This document shows, piece after piece, positions 27,568 to 37,640 of a stretch of 64,000 bases of DNA (the first letter of the stretch is position 1; every line of letters begins with the position of its first letter). The notes under the pieces were generated by a model. That model had not been told where the DNA came from. It saw nothing but the letters and a program-made list of their open reading frames with translations, and did no database searches. Source of the DNA: a virus. The stretch lies in IMG/VR virus record IMGVR_UViG_3300014501_000001, positions 49,097 to 113,096 of that record; one strand, given 5' to 3'. Position numbers and translations under genes: made by a program.

Positions 27568-30500
27568 GTGGCCACCTTCACCTGGACGCAGGCGGTCGCC
27601 GGGACGTATACGTGGGTGTGCCCTGCGGGGGTTACGGCTGCGCAGGTGGAGTGCGTCGCGGGCGGCGCGGGCGGCGCCGGCGGGTCGTCGGGGTCAGCTG
27701 CGGGTTCCGGCGGCGGCGGCGGCGAGTACGCGGCCGAGCCTGCGCAATCCGTCACGGCGGGCTCGTCGTACACGGTTGTCGTCGGCGCGGCGGGGACTGC
27801 GGGGGCGACCGCCGGCGGCACGGGAGGCGCTGGCGGGAACTCGACGTTCGCGGCCACGTCCGTCGTCGCCCACGGCGGCACCGGGGGAACCTCCAGCGGC
27901 TCCGGGGGCGGGGCGGGCGGCACCGGGTCATCTAACACGACGCACAATAACGGCGGCGCGGGCGGCGGTCACGGCGGGAAGTCCGATGGCGGCGGCGGCG
28001 GCGGCGGCTCAGGCGGCTCGGGGTCGGCGGGGAACGCGGGCGCGGCTTCGTCGTCCTCGACGGGCGGCGCGGGCGGCACGGCGGTCACCGGCGGCGGCCC
28101 GGGCGGCGCGGGCGGCACCAGCACGGCTGCCGGGAATGCGCCCGCGTCGGGTCCCGGCGGGGCGGGCGGCGGCGGCGGGGATGCCAGCGTGGCGGGCGGC
28201 GCGGGCAAGCCGGGCCGGGTCATCATCACGGTCACGATCCTCTCGCCTGCCCTGTTCACCTCCGCTGACACCGCCTGGGCGTTCGTGGTCCCGGCGGGGA
28301 TCACGGCGATTCACGCGGAATGCTGGGGCGGCGGCGCCGGGGGTTTCCAGGCCGGCACCTCGGGCGGGGCGGGCGGCGGCGGCGGTGCCTATGCGGGCGA
28401 GCCCTCACTAGCCGTCACGGCAGCCGGCTCCTACCCGTTCACGATCGGCGCCGGCGGGGCGGCGAACGCCTCGGGCACGAGCTCGGTTTTCGCCGGCGAC
28501 GCTGTAACGGTCACCGCTAACCACGGCGTGGTCTCGGCGGCGGACGGGACCGGCGGCGCGGGCGGGGCGGCAGGATCGAACACGGCTGCCTTCGCGGGCG
28601 GCGCCGGCGGCACGAACGGGACCACGGGCGGCGGCGGCGGCGGCGGTTCCGGAGGCACGGCTGCCGGGGGCAATACCGGGTCTAACGGCTCCACTGTCAC
28701 GGGCGGGTCCGGGGCCACGGCGGTCACCGGCGGCGGCCCGGGCGGCGGCGGAGGCAGCGCCGGCGGTCCCGGTTCGGCGCCCGCATCGGGGCCGGGCGGC
28801 GGCGGCGGCGGGGCCGGCTACACGAGCACCACGAACGGCGCCGGGTTCGCGGGCCAGGTTCAGCTGACCTGGGGCACCGGGGTAACCGGCGCCGTCTCGG
28901 CCCTCGCCCTCGCTGCTCCCGCCGGGTCGGTCAGCGCCGGGGCAACCGTCGCGGGCGCCGTCGCCGGCCTCACCTTCGCGGCTCCCGCCGGGTCGGTCGT
29001 CACCGGGATCAGCGTCGCCGGGCAGGTCGCGGGCCTCACCTTCGCGGCCCCGGCAGGCTCGGTGAGTGCCGGGGCCACGGTCGCGGGGGCCACGGCTGCC
29101 CTGACCCTGGCGGCGCCGGGCGGGTCGGTCACCGCAGGGGCATCCGCGGCGCTCACGGTCAGCGTGGCCGGGTCCGCGTCGTTCGCTTTCCCGCTCACCG
29201 CCGCCGGCATCCCCGATCCGGGCACTCTCTCCCTGCCCGTACCCGTCAGTAACTTCACCGGGGACTGGCTGTTCGCGATCATCTCGTGGCGGCAGGCACC
29301 CGGCACCCCGCCGGTCACCTGGTCCGTGGGAGACGACGCCCTGGGCCTTACCGGGACGCCGGGCCACAACTGGTGGGACCCGCTCGGCAACCCCGCCGGG
29401 ACCTCCAGCGGCTCCGGGGTGACCCGTACCGCGGTCTGGGTGGCTCCCGCCGCGAGGGCCTGCTCGACCGTTTACATCGCGCCCACGGATTTCTACCTGT
29501 CCGTGGCGTGCACGGTGCTGGACGTTGCCGGGATGCAGCCCTGGTACACCCTGACCGGGATCGACACGGCGTACGTGAACTCGGCGCTGTCGCTGCCCGG
29601 CCTGACCCTCGGGGCGCCTTCGGGGCCGGCGTTCCTGATCACCGCCTGCTCCTCCGACGTGATCACTGACACGATCAGCCGGTCCGGCGCCGGCTGGACG
29701 TCCCTGCCGACCCTCACCGCGACGAACGGCACGGACCTCACCTCCGACCTCAAGCAGACCCCCGCGTGGCAGGTCACTTCCTCGTCGTCGTCGGCGGGGT
29801 ACTCCAGTTCCTCCGGCCAGGATCTGTCCGGGGTCCTCGGCGGGGTCCTGGTGTCGGCGCAGAAGCCGGGCCAGCCGTCCCGGTACTGGCCGGTGACCAT
29901 CGCGGAGATGGCGCCCGGCTCCGGGATAGGGTCGCCGCCGGACACGCTGGCCTGGGTCGCGACGACGGCGCGGTACCTGAAGATGTCCGTCACCCAGGGC
30001 CGCCAGTACGAGCTTGCGACCCTGTCCACGGGCGAGGGCACGCTGCTGCTCGACAACCCCGACGGGGCGCTCCTGCCGCCGGGGACGGGCAATTTCGCGG
30101 GGATCACGGCGGGGACGCCGTACCGGCTGCGGACGGCGTGGCCGGGCGGCGCGTGGCAGGTGTCGTTCCACGGCAACGGCTCCACTGCCGCGCCGCGGAT
30201 CAGCACCGGGAACATCTACCCCGCCGCTGCCGGGACCGTTTACTCGGCGTCGGCGTGGCTGTCGTGCTCGCCGTACTACGCCTCCGGCTGCCACCTGACG
30301 ATGAACTTCCGGCAGTCCGGCGGCACGTTCATCTCCGCGGTGTCGTCCTCCAGCGTGACCGGGCTCGCCGCCGCGCTGGCCACCGTCTCCGGGACGGCGC
30401 CGGCGAACACGGGCCTGATCGAGCTGGTCATCGCCGCCACGGGCACCCCGGCATCGACGGTGACGTTCTACGCCGCTGCCGTGTTCTCCTCCGGCAGCCC

Positions 30501-32385
30501 CGGCTACCTGTTCATCCCGCCCGCCATCTCGTGGACCGCGCAGGACAACGCCACCGTCTCGACCCTCGCGCCGTTCGCCCCGGATCCGGCGGGCCCGCCG
30601 AACGTGAGCCCCTGGTACATCCCGTTCTCCGGGTTCACCGAGCGCCTGCCCCAGTCCTGGGATGAGCTGCTGCGCGGCAAGGTCGAGGCGACGATCGTGG
30701 ACGCCTGGGCCGGCGTCAACTACGTCCCCCAGCCCATCCTGATCGACGAGATCCAGAATGATGATCCCGGCTGGTACTGGCCGTGCACCGACCCTGCGGG
30801 GTCGTCCTCGGCGGCGAACCAGGCGGTCGGCAACACGAACCCGCTGGTCCTGGTGCGCTCCAAGTACGGCGCCGGCGGCGCGACGGAGGCGTTCGGCGGG
30901 CAGCCCGCGAACCCGATCCTCGGCGCCCAGGGAACCCTCCTGCTGACCACCTCCGGGTCGTTCCGCGCCTCGTCGCAGTCCGGCATGTGGGGGCAGGTCG
31001 TCACCGCCGGCACCGCCTTCAACCAGGGCTACGGCCTGCAGTGCCTTGACCTCGGCTTCCCGTCCATCGCCAGCGGGATCACGGCCGAGGGCTGGTTCGA
31101 GATCGACGGCATCGCCACGTCGGCGGCGCAGGGCGTCCTGCTGTCCCTCGCCGGCGCCAGCACCGAGCAGTTCATCAGCGTCACCACCGGCCCCGGCGCC
31201 GGGCCGGCCGGCCTTAACTTCAACTGGATCACCGCGAACGACGTGCCCGGCGGGGTCAGCGTCGGGTTCCCCGGCGACGGCGTCCTGTTCCATCTCGCCG
31301 TCACGCTCACCCAGGGCGCCTACAACGTGTTCTACAACGGGGTCAGCACCGTCTCCGGGTCGTTCCCCTCGCAGATCCCGGCGGACTTCACGTACCTGAT
31401 GTGCTCCATGCTCGGGGTCGCGTCTGCAGGGAATCCGGCCCCGAACTTCAATGGCGGCGCCTATTCCGGGTTCACCGGCCACGTCGCGGTCTGGGACCGG
31501 ATCCTGTCCCAGCAGCGGATCGCCACCCACTACCTCGCCGGCTCGACGGCGATGGCCGGGGAAGCCTCCTCCGACCGGATCGAGCGGCTGCTCCAGGCCG
31601 GGCAGGCGACCGGCCGGCGGGTGATCCTCCAGGAGACCGGCACCTCCGTGGATGCGGTCGTGTCCTGCCAGGACATCTCCGGGAGCCCGGCCTCGCAGGA
31701 CGTCGCCAACATCACCACCAGCCTCGTGCCGGCCGTGTTCTACATCACGCCCGCCGGGGAGATGTACCACCTGGCCAAGCAGTTCGCCTGGAACCAGCCC
31801 GTCGTCTGGACGCTCGGCCAGGACGTCGCCAGCGGCCAGATCCCGTTCAAGGGGGACCTGGTTTTCGACTGGGACCCGACCCGGATCGTCAACCAGATCC
31901 AGCTCACCCAGCTAGACGACCAGTCGATCACCGTCCCCTCGGTGACTGCGGAGGAAACCGCGTCGCAGCTCGAGTACGGGACGATCAGCTACCAGCAGAC
32001 CGGGTATTTGCAGGGCGATTCCTCGTCGCCGCTGACCGCCGGGCCGGGGCTGATGGACCTCGCGGACTACCTGGCTACCACGTTCGCGGCGCCGAGGCTG
32101 AGGCTCTCTGCGATCACCGTGGAAGCCTCCTCCAACCCGACGCTGTGGCCGTTCGTCCTCGGCGTCAGCCCCGGGGACATGATCACCGTGACGCGGGTCG
32201 CGCAGGAGAACGTGCTGGTCACGGTCACGGGGCGGGTGACGCAGACGGAGCGCACCTTCGAGTCGGGGATGTCGCCGGTCGCGTCAGTCAGCCTGCTCAT
32301 CGACCCCGCGCCTGAGGGCAACTGCCTTGCCTTGGACGATCCGGTCAGGGGACTACTAAATGGACAAAACGTCTTGGGCTGGTAG
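27568..32385 (+). CDS. Large minor tail/hub protein (two Gly-rich domains, carbohydrate-binding-like insert, LamG-like domain)
   Basis: GRQYEL..LSTGEGTLLLDNPDG hub motif; FHLAVT...HVAVWDRILS LamG-like motif; IVNQIQLT. Confidence 0.85.
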   Translation: MATFTWTQAVAGTYTWVCPAGVTAAQVECVAGGAGGAGGSSGSAAGSGGGGGEYAAEPAQSVTAGSSYTVVVGAAGTAGATAGGTGGAGGNSTFAATSVVAHGGTGGTSSGSGGGAGGTGSSNTTHNNGGAGGGHGGKSDGGGGGGGSGGSGSAGNAGAASSSSTGGAGGTAVTGGGPGGAGGTSTAAGNAPASGPGGAGGGGGDASVAGGAGKPGRVIITVTILSPALFTSADTAWAFVVPAGITAIHAECWGGGAGGFQAGTSGGAGGGGGAYAGEPSLAVTAAGSYPFTIGAGGAANASGTSSVFAGDAVTVTANHGVVSAADGTGGAGGAAGSNTAAFAGGAGGTNGTTGGGGGGGSGGTAAGGNTGSNGSTVTGGSGATAVTGGGPGGGGGSAGGPGSAPASGPGGGGGGAGYTSTTNGAGFAGQVQLTWGTGVTGAVSALALAAPAGSVSAGATVAGAVAGLTFAAPAGSVVTGISVAGQVAGLTFAAPAGSVSAGATVAGATAALTLAAPGGSVTAGASAALTVSVAGSASFAFPLTAAGIPDPGTLSLPVPVSNFTGDWLFAIISWRQAPGTPPVTWSVGDDALGLTGTPGHNWWDPLGNPAGTSSGSGVTRTAVWVAPAARACSTVYIAPTDFYLSVACTVLDVAGMQPWYTLTGIDTAYVNSALSLPGLTLGAPSGPAFLITACSSDVITDTISRSGAGWTSLPTLTATNGTDLTSDLKQTPAWQVTSSSSSAGYSSSSGQDLSGVLGGVLVSAQKPGQPSRYWPVTIAEMAPGSGIGSPPDTLAWVATTARYLKMSVTQGRQYELATLSTGEGTLLLDNPDGALLPPGTGNFAGITAGTPYRLRTAWPGGAWQVSFHGNGSTAAPRISTGNIYPAAAGTVYSASAWLSCSPYYASGCHLTMNFRQSGGTFISAVSSSSVTGLAAALATVSGTAPANTGLIELVIAATGTPASTVTFYAAAVFSSGSPGYLFIPPAISWTAQDNATVSTLAPFAPDPAGPPNVSPWYIPFSGFTERLPQSWDELLRGKVEATIVDAWAGVNYVPQPILIDEIQNDDPGWYWPCTDPAGSSSAANQAVGNTNPLVLVRSKYGAGGATEAFGGQPANPILGAQGTLLLTTSGSFRASSQSGMWGQVVTAGTAFNQGYGLQCLDLGFPSIASGITAEGWFEIDGIATSAAQGVLLSLAGASTEQFISVTTGPGAGPAGLNFNWITANDVPGGVSVGFPGDGVLFHLAVTLTQGAYNVFYNGVSTVSGSFPSQIPADFTYLMCSMLGVASAGNPAPNFNGGAYSGFTGHVAVWDRILSQQRIATHYLAGSTAMAGEASSDRIERLLQAGQATGRRVILQETGTSVDAVVSCQDISGSPASQDVANITTSLVPAVFYITPAGEMYHLAKQFAWNQPVVWTLGQDVASGQIPFKGDLVFDWDPTRIVNQIQLTQLDDQSITVPSVTAEETASQLEYGTISYQQTGYLQGDSSSPLTAGPGLMDLADYLATTFAAPRLRLSAITVEASSNPTLWPFVLGVSPGDMITVTRVAQENVLVTVTGRVTQTERTFESGMSPVASVSLLIDPAPEGNCLALDDPVRGLLNGQNVLGW
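28888..29151 (+). repeat. Four tandem 66-bp (22-aa) coding repeats
   Basis: G.V..L..AAPAGSV..G.... repeated four times. Confidence 0.8.
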
Positions 32386-33030
32386 CCGCCGCCTGGCCGC
32401 GTTCTTTGCGCGGCGTGCCGCACTTCTTTGCGCAAGGCGCGCGCTGTCGCTAATCCGCGAGCATTCCCGGCATCGGCGCGTGCCCTTCTTGTCCACGTAG
32501 GTGTTCGCCGGGGTGAACTCATGCCCGTGGCAGCAGTGCGTTCTCCCTTCGACTCGCCGTGGCGGGATGCTCAGGTCTTTCACGCCGTGGCAGGTCCGGC
32601 ATTGCCGACTGCCAGGCTGCGCCGGCGGAGTGTAGGTGTTCTCGGGCGTGAACTCATGGCCATGCTTGCAGTGGGTCTTGTTGGCCATGTGGTGGGTACC
32701 GTGGCGTACCCGGTCAAGCACGTTCTCGCGCCGGGTGTCGTAGGAGAGGTTGCTGAGCGCGCTATTGCCCGGATCACCGTCGCCGTGCAGGACTTCCTTA
32801 CCGGGTGACAGCGGACCCAGGAACGCTCGTGTCACAAGGTTGTGCACGCTCCGGCGCTCAGACTGGCCCGCTCCCCTGCTGAGAGAGACGTACGGGTAGC
32901 CCTGCGGATCTATCGACGGCTTCTTGAGCCGTTCGCGCTTGACTCCCCATACCCGGCCGAAGTTGCTGACGTCATAACTTCCCTCGTAGCCGGGGACTGG
33001 CTTCCAGATTTCGGGCGTACCATCGCTCAT
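32356..33030 (-). CDS. Free-standing NUMOD4-HNH homing endonuclease
   Basis: EIWKPVPGYEGSYDVSNFGRV; VHNLV..AF; VLHGDG...N...NL; two THC.HGHEFTP.NTY fingers. Confidence 0.92.
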   Translation of the reverse strand: MSDGTPEIWKPVPGYEGSYDVSNFGRVWGVKRERLKKPSIDPQGYPYVSLSRGAGQSERRSVHNLVTRAFLGPLSPGKEVLHGDGDPGNSALSNLSYDTRRENVLDRVRHGTHHMANKTHCKHGHEFTPENTYTPPAQPGSRQCRTCHGVKDLSIPPRRVEGRTHCCHGHEFTPANTYVDKKGTRRCRECSRISDSARLAQRSAARRAKNAARRRLPAQDVLSI

Positions 33031-33108
33031 GTCGGTCTCCTATCCAGATCGGCCGAGCCCGGGACGGTCTAAGCCGCCGTCGCCGGGGTTTTTCGTACCT
33101 CTATTCTA
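33031..33108 (-). promoter_or_regulatory. -10 box TAGAAT plus hairpin leader of the NUMOD4-HNH gene
   Basis: Minus strand reads TAGAAT...AACCCCGGCGACGG...CCGTCCCGGG...ATAGGAG-ACCGAC-ATG. Confidence 0.6.
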
Positions 33109-33137
33109 GCGCAAGATCGCCGGGAACGGGGTGAGCG

Positions 33138-34301
33138 ATGCCCCTCCCGGTGCTCCCTGTTGCCACGACCTGGAGCAGCGAGGAGTTGGTTCTCGCACCC
33201 GCTCTCCGGGCGCAGGTATCCAACGCCGTGGCCCTGCTGGCGGCGCGGCCCATGTTCATCGGCACCCAGACCGCCGCCAACCAGGTGATCATCGACTCGA
33301 CCACCACAACTATCACGCTCGATACCGAGTTGGCTGACACATGGTCTGGCCACCAGATCGACACCGACCCGTCCCGGTACTACGGAATGCTGCCCGGTTA
33401 CTACCTGTGCGAGGCCACGGTCCCGCTGGTGGACACCGGCAGCCCCGGAACGGGCACCCTGTCAGCGCAGATCGGCGGCGTCCAGGCAGGCGGCGCGCAA
33501 ACCTACTTCGGCGGGATGCGGACCCCGAACAACAACGGGCACGCCACGACGGCGACCGCGGCGAAGCTGATGGTCATGCAGAACGTGGGCTACGGGACCG
33601 GGGACTACATCCAGGCAGCCGTCTTCCAGTCCTCCGGCAGCCTCCAGTCCCTGACTAACAGCGCCACGAAGTTCCCGTACCTGTCGGCCCGGTGGGCGGG
33701 CGCGATCGCGGGCACGCAGCCGCTGATCGTGCCGACGAACGACGCCTGGCCCGTCCCGCCCACGCTGCTCGGGCACGTTTTCATGAATAAAAACGTGAGA
33801 GATACAATTTCCTACCTCATCTACCCGCCCGTGTTCGAGGCGCAGCAGGCCGCCAACCAGGCCCTCGCCTCCCAGTCCTCCGTCCCCGCCACCGGGACGA
33901 CGATCACGATGGGCAGCAACTCGGCCAGCGCCATCTCCGCGGATACCTACGGCGCGTGGTCCAACACCACGAACACGTGGACCGCCCCCGTCCCCGGCCT
34001 CTACTATGCCTACGGCCAGGTCGGGCTGACTACCGCCGCCGGCGCGGTGTCGCACGCCGCCGGGCTCACCGTGAACAGCGCCAACTACAACTCGGGGAGC
34101 ACTTACACGATCTGGGGCGGGACGATGGCCGCCGGCGCCTCCACCGTGAGCGTCAACAACGTGCGGCGGCGGCTGCGGCTCAACGCAGGCGATACGATCC
34201 AGCTCGCCGGGTTCTACAACGACTCCACCTCGGCCAACGGCTCACTGAACGTGGCCGGGGCGTGGCGGTCCAGGCTGATAGTCGTCTGGGAAGCTGCCTG
34301 A
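33138..34301 (+). CDS. Minor tail protein (two C1q-like domains)
   Basis: Duplicated architecture; TWTAPVPGLYY and LRLNAGDTIQL. Confidence 0.75.
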   Translation: MPLPVLPVATTWSSEELVLAPALRAQVSNAVALLAARPMFIGTQTAANQVIIDSTTTTITLDTELADTWSGHQIDTDPSRYYGMLPGYYLCEATVPLVDTGSPGTGTLSAQIGGVQAGGAQTYFGGMRTPNNNGHATTATAAKLMVMQNVGYGTGDYIQAAVFQSSGSLQSLTNSATKFPYLSARWAGAIAGTQPLIVPTNDAWPVPPTLLGHVFMNKNVRDTISYLIYPPVFEAQQAANQALASQSSVPATGTTITMGSNSASAISADTYGAWSNTTNTWTAPVPGLYYAYGQVGLTTAAGAVSHAAGLTVNSANYNSGSTYTIWGGTMAAGASTVSVNNVRRRLRLNAGDTIQLAGFYNDSTSANGSLNVAGAWRSRLIVVWEAA

Positions 34302-34302
34302 A

Positions 34303-34812
34303 ATGTCCCTCTCGCCGCCGCTTATCCCGGTGTTCCCGGCCGGCTATGGCCCGCTCCCGGCCGATTTTGATACCTGGGTGCAGGATTCCTTCGGGTTTCT
34401 CACCGCGCAGGTCGTATTCCGCGCCGAGCAGCACACCACCCAGACCCTCAACGGGTTCACGCCCATCACCTACGACACGATCCTGGAGGACCCCTACTCG
34501 GGGTGGAATGCTTTCACTGGCGAATGGCTGGCACCATTCAGCGGCTGGTACGAGATCACCCTCGGGCACTCGATCGCCACGGCGACCGTGATCACCGAGG
34601 CGGTCCCGGAGATCAGCGGGACCTTGTACGAGATGTCGGAGGTCACGTGCACGAGCTCCAATGAGGGCGGCACGAGCGCGTCGCTGCTGGCGTCCATGGT
34701 CGGCGGGATCGACTACGTGCGGGGAGTGGCCTGGACCTCGGCGTCGGTGAGCATTGACGTGTCGTCAGAGGGCCGGGTTCCGTGGATCGAGGTCAGTTTT
34801 ATATCGCAATGA
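34303..34812 (+). CDS. Minor tail protein (C1q-like)
   Basis: YDTILEDPYSGWN...APFSGWY motif. Confidence 0.75.
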   Translation: MSLSPPLIPVFPAGYGPLPADFDTWVQDSFGFLTAQVVFRAEQHTTQTLNGFTPITYDTILEDPYSGWNAFTGEWLAPFSGWYEITLGHSIATATVITEAVPEISGTLYEMSEVTCTSSNEGGTSASLLASMVGGIDYVRGVAWTSASVSIDVSSEGRVPWIEVSFISQ

Positions 34813-34914
34813 CCCGTTTTAAGCTGAACTAGTAGCGTGGCGGCCCTGATCACCCTCCTCGTGGTGGTCTTCCACCGTTAGGACGCCAGCGAGGCCGGCA
34901 AGCCCTTTGGAGAG

Positions 34915-35184
34915 GTGGCGAGTTTGCGTTGGGGTACATGGTGGCTGGTAATCAAGGACATCCTGCTGACCGGGCTTGGCATCTTGACGATCTGGTCTCA
35001 GATCCGCTCAGCGCACCCGGACGGGTTCCTGATCGGCGCGGGCCTGGCTCTCACCGTGCCGTCCGTGGCCGAGCACGTGAGGGCACTGCTGCCAGGGCCT
35101 GGCGCTTCGCCCACCTTGCCGTCGTCGCCTTCTTCTGGGGAGCAGGCATCACCGCCATCGCCTGGGGGGCAGTCCGGTGAATGA
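34915..35184 (+). CDS. Two-TM membrane protein (holin candidate)
   Basis: Two hydrophobic segments; first gene of the lysis region. Confidence 0.6.
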   Translation: MASLRWGTWWLVIKDILLTGLGILTIWSQIRSAHPDGFLIGAGLALTVPSVAEHVRALLPGPGASPTLPSSPSSGEQASPPSPGGQSGE

Positions 35185-35578
35185 GATGGAGGCCAGGTTC
35201 CGCGGCGCGAAGGGCGAGCGCGGCGAGCGCGGCGAGACTGGCACGGACGGCCCGCAGGGCTCGGCAGGCGTCATCCCGCCCCGGATCCGCCGCGCGTTCG
35301 CGTACCTGCTGCTGCTCGCGCTCGCGCTCGCGGCAGCGAACCTGTTCTGGTCCTGGCACCTGACAACGGAATCCCAGGCCGCGCAGAGGTCCGCGCAGGC
35401 GATGGCGCACCGGCAGAGCGCGGTAGTCGAGCGCAAGATCTGCACCACGATGCGGGAACTCGCGGCACTGAGGCCCCCGGCCGGGAACCCGGCGGCTAAT
35501 CCAAGTCGAGCCTACGATCAGCGCCTCCACGCGACGCTCGACCAGCTAGGAGCCGACCTGGGCTGCAACTCCCGCTGA
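35177..35578 (+). CDS. Membrane protein with short collagen repeat (lysis accessory candidate)
   Basis: (GXY)7 repeat, one TM helix and two Cys. Confidence 0.65.
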   Translation: MNEMEARFRGAKGERGERGETGTDGPQGSAGVIPPRIRRAFAYLLLLALALAAANLFWSWHLTTESQAAQRSAQAMAHRQSAVVERKICTTMRELAALRPPAGNPAANPSRAYDQRLHATLDQLGADLGCNSR

Positions 35579-35615
35579 GGACGCACCATCACAAGCCCAT
35601 CACCAGGAGGTACCC

Positions 35616-35807
35616 GTGAGTAACGAGACAACCCCGCGCCGCCATTACAGCGGCGTGAACTTCGGCACCCTGTTCGTCGTCGCCGCGATCCTGTGCTTCA
35701 TCCTCGCGGCGCTGGACGCATTCGGGACCATCAAGATCTCCGGGGGCGCCGCGCTCGGCCTGGTCGCCGTAGGTCTCGCCCTGTGGGCGGCTGCCGGGTT
35801 CGCCTGA
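35616..35807 (+). CDS. Small two-TM protein
   Basis: RBS AGGAGG; two hydrophobic helices. Confidence 0.7.
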   Translation: MSNETTPRRHYSGVNFGTLFVVAAILCFILAALDAFGTIKISGGAALGLVAVGLALWAAAGFA

Positions 35808-35912
35808 CCGTTCCCGCTCACCTGTCCCTGCCGGGCACCCCCGGCGCGTTCCCTCATGCCCGGAGGCGCACCCGCCCCCGGCCCGTTATCACCCAAACCG
35901 AAAGGCACCACC

Positions 35913-36206
35913 ATGGCCTCCATCACCAGCATGTCCTTCGACCAGGCGTCCTACGACCCCGGCGCCACCATGACGCTCACCGTCGAGTACGTGGCCGACA
36001 CCCCGAGCGCGAACCCGGTCACCGGCACCGCTACCGCCGACATCACCAACTCGGGCGGCACGGTCACCGCGACCTCCTCGGCGCCGTTCGTCGTCAACGA
36101 GCCGGTAGCCGCCGGCGATGTGGTCTCCGTCAGCGATGACGGCGGCCGGACCTGGACTGAGGTCAGCGACTCGGGATCCGTCGCTGTCTTCACGGCAGTC
36201 GCCTGA
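35913..36206 (+). CDS. Small acidic Ig-like protein
   Basis: RBS GAAAGG; FDQASYDPGATMTLTV. Confidence 0.65.
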   Translation: MASITSMSFDQASYDPGATMTLTVEYVADTPSANPVTGTATADITNSGGTVTATSSAPFVVNEPVAAGDVVSVSDDGGRTWTEVSDSGSVAVFTAVA

Positions 36207-36489
36207 TCCGTGCCTGCCGTCCGCGACCGTGAGCATCTCGCCACGGTCGTCATCACTGACGGTGCCGGCGACGTGCGCGCTGTCCGCAGCGCCTCGTTCC
36301 TGGTCCGGTACCGGTACTGCCCGAGGTGCGGGTGGGAACATCTCGCCGAGGACGTAGAGCGGGGCCTGTGGCGCTGCCTGTCGGCTTTCTGCGACTGGAC
36401 CGGGATCTAGCTGCACACACCCACGCCGCATGCCCGGAGCCGCCGAGGGAGCGGCTCCGGGCATGCCATCTCAGCGCCAAGGAGGCAGC

Positions 36490-37062
36490 GTGAGCGCATA
36501 CCAGCACGTCCCCCATCCCTGGCGCCATCAGCGCGCCCAGGAAGGGCCGGTCAAGGTAGCCGACCAGGGGAAGCAGGGCAGCGCGTTCGCCCGCTTCAAC
36601 TCCGCTGCCGCGCTCAGGATCACCGCTGTCGTCGGCACGATGGTCTGCGGCTACGTCTTCGTGCTCCTGGCCCTGTACGGGCTGCCGACCGCAGTCAAGG
36701 CCGGGCCGTCCGGGATCGTGCTGTGGACCTCCAGCGAGTTCCTCCAGCTATGCCTCCTTCCGGTGATCATCGTGGGCCAGAACTTGCAGGCCAGGGCAGC
36801 CGACGCGCGGGCCGAGGCCACCTACAACGACGCGGAAGCCGTGCTGCACGAGTGCACGCAGCTTCAGGAGCACCTGGCAGTGCAGGACGGCGTGCTCGAG
36901 CGCCTCATCGCCGCCGAGACCTCCCGCACTGAGGCAGCGGCAAGGAGCCTGGCCGCGCCTGCTGAGGTTCTCGCTCCCGCTAAGGGCACCACGGCGGCAA
37001 AGGTAGCTGCGGCGAAGGCAGACGGGCCGAAGCTGCGGGATCCGGGGAAGGGGAAGATGTGA
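36490..37062 (+). CDS. DUF1003-like membrane protein
   Basis: ITAVVGTM...FLQLCLLPVIIVGQN.QARAADARAE motif; GTGA overlap with the endolysin gene. Confidence 0.7.
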   Translation: MSAYQHVPHPWRHQRAQEGPVKVADQGKQGSAFARFNSAAALRITAVVGTMVCGYVFVLLALYGLPTAVKAGPSGIVLWTSSEFLQLCLLPVIIVGQNLQARAADARAEATYNDAEAVLHECTQLQEHLAVQDGVLERLIAAETSRTEAAARSLAAPAEVLAPAKGTTAAKVAAAKADGPKLRDPGKGKM

Positions 37063-37640
37063 AGATCACCGTGCCGGGCCGCTGTCACGTCGGCAACGAG
37101 GGACGGCTTCGCGGCCCCATCTCGATCAGCTACAACTCGCCATGGCCGTGCGCCAACGGCACCCCCGGCGGCTTCATCGCGCCCGCCCGCGGCGTGGTGC
37201 TCCACACCGAGGTCGGCACCGAGGAAGGTACGCGCGCCTGGTTCAACAACCCGGCCGCGCAGGCATCCGCTTTCTTCTCGGTGAGCTTTGACGGCTCCGT
37301 GAGGCAGTACGGTCCCCTTGACGGCTGGATGGCGTGGAGTCAGGCAGAGGGCAACCCGGAGTGGATCGGCGTCGAGCACGAGGACGACGGCAACCCGGCC
37401 ATCCCCTTCTCAGCTGGCCAGATCGCGGCGACGGCGCAGATCTTCGAGGCGACATCGGCTCACTTCGGCTTCCCGCTCGACATCACCGACAACACGGACG
37501 GCCACGGGCTGATCTACCACGGCGCGGGGGGAGTTGCCTGGGGCGATCACCCGGACTGTCCTGGCGACGTCAGGAAGCACCAGCGGCCCGCGATCATCGC
37601 GGTCGCGAAGGCAATCCGCGCGCTCCCCGTGAAGCCGTGA
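37059..37640 (+). CDS. Endolysin, N-acetylmuramoyl-L-alanine amidase (Amidase_2), catalytic domain only
   Basis: VVLHTE, ASAFF, AWSQAEGN, IGVEHE, IYH and CPG motifs. Confidence 0.9.
   Translation: MKITVPGRCHVGNEGRLRGPISISYNSPWPCANGTPGGFIAPARGVVLHTEVGTEEGTRAWFNNPAAQASAFFSVSFDGSVRQYGPLDGWMAWSQAEGNPEWIGVEHEDDGNPAIPFSAGQIAATAQIFEATSAHFGFPLDITDNTDGHGLIYHGAGGVAWGDHPDCPGDVRKHQRPAIIAVAKAIRALPVKP

Noticed and set aside
28408-31770. Long antisense ORFs (also 24569-26533, 37963-39366 and 5084-6484)
   Set aside because: Shadow frames of high-GC genes; no motifs or RBS.
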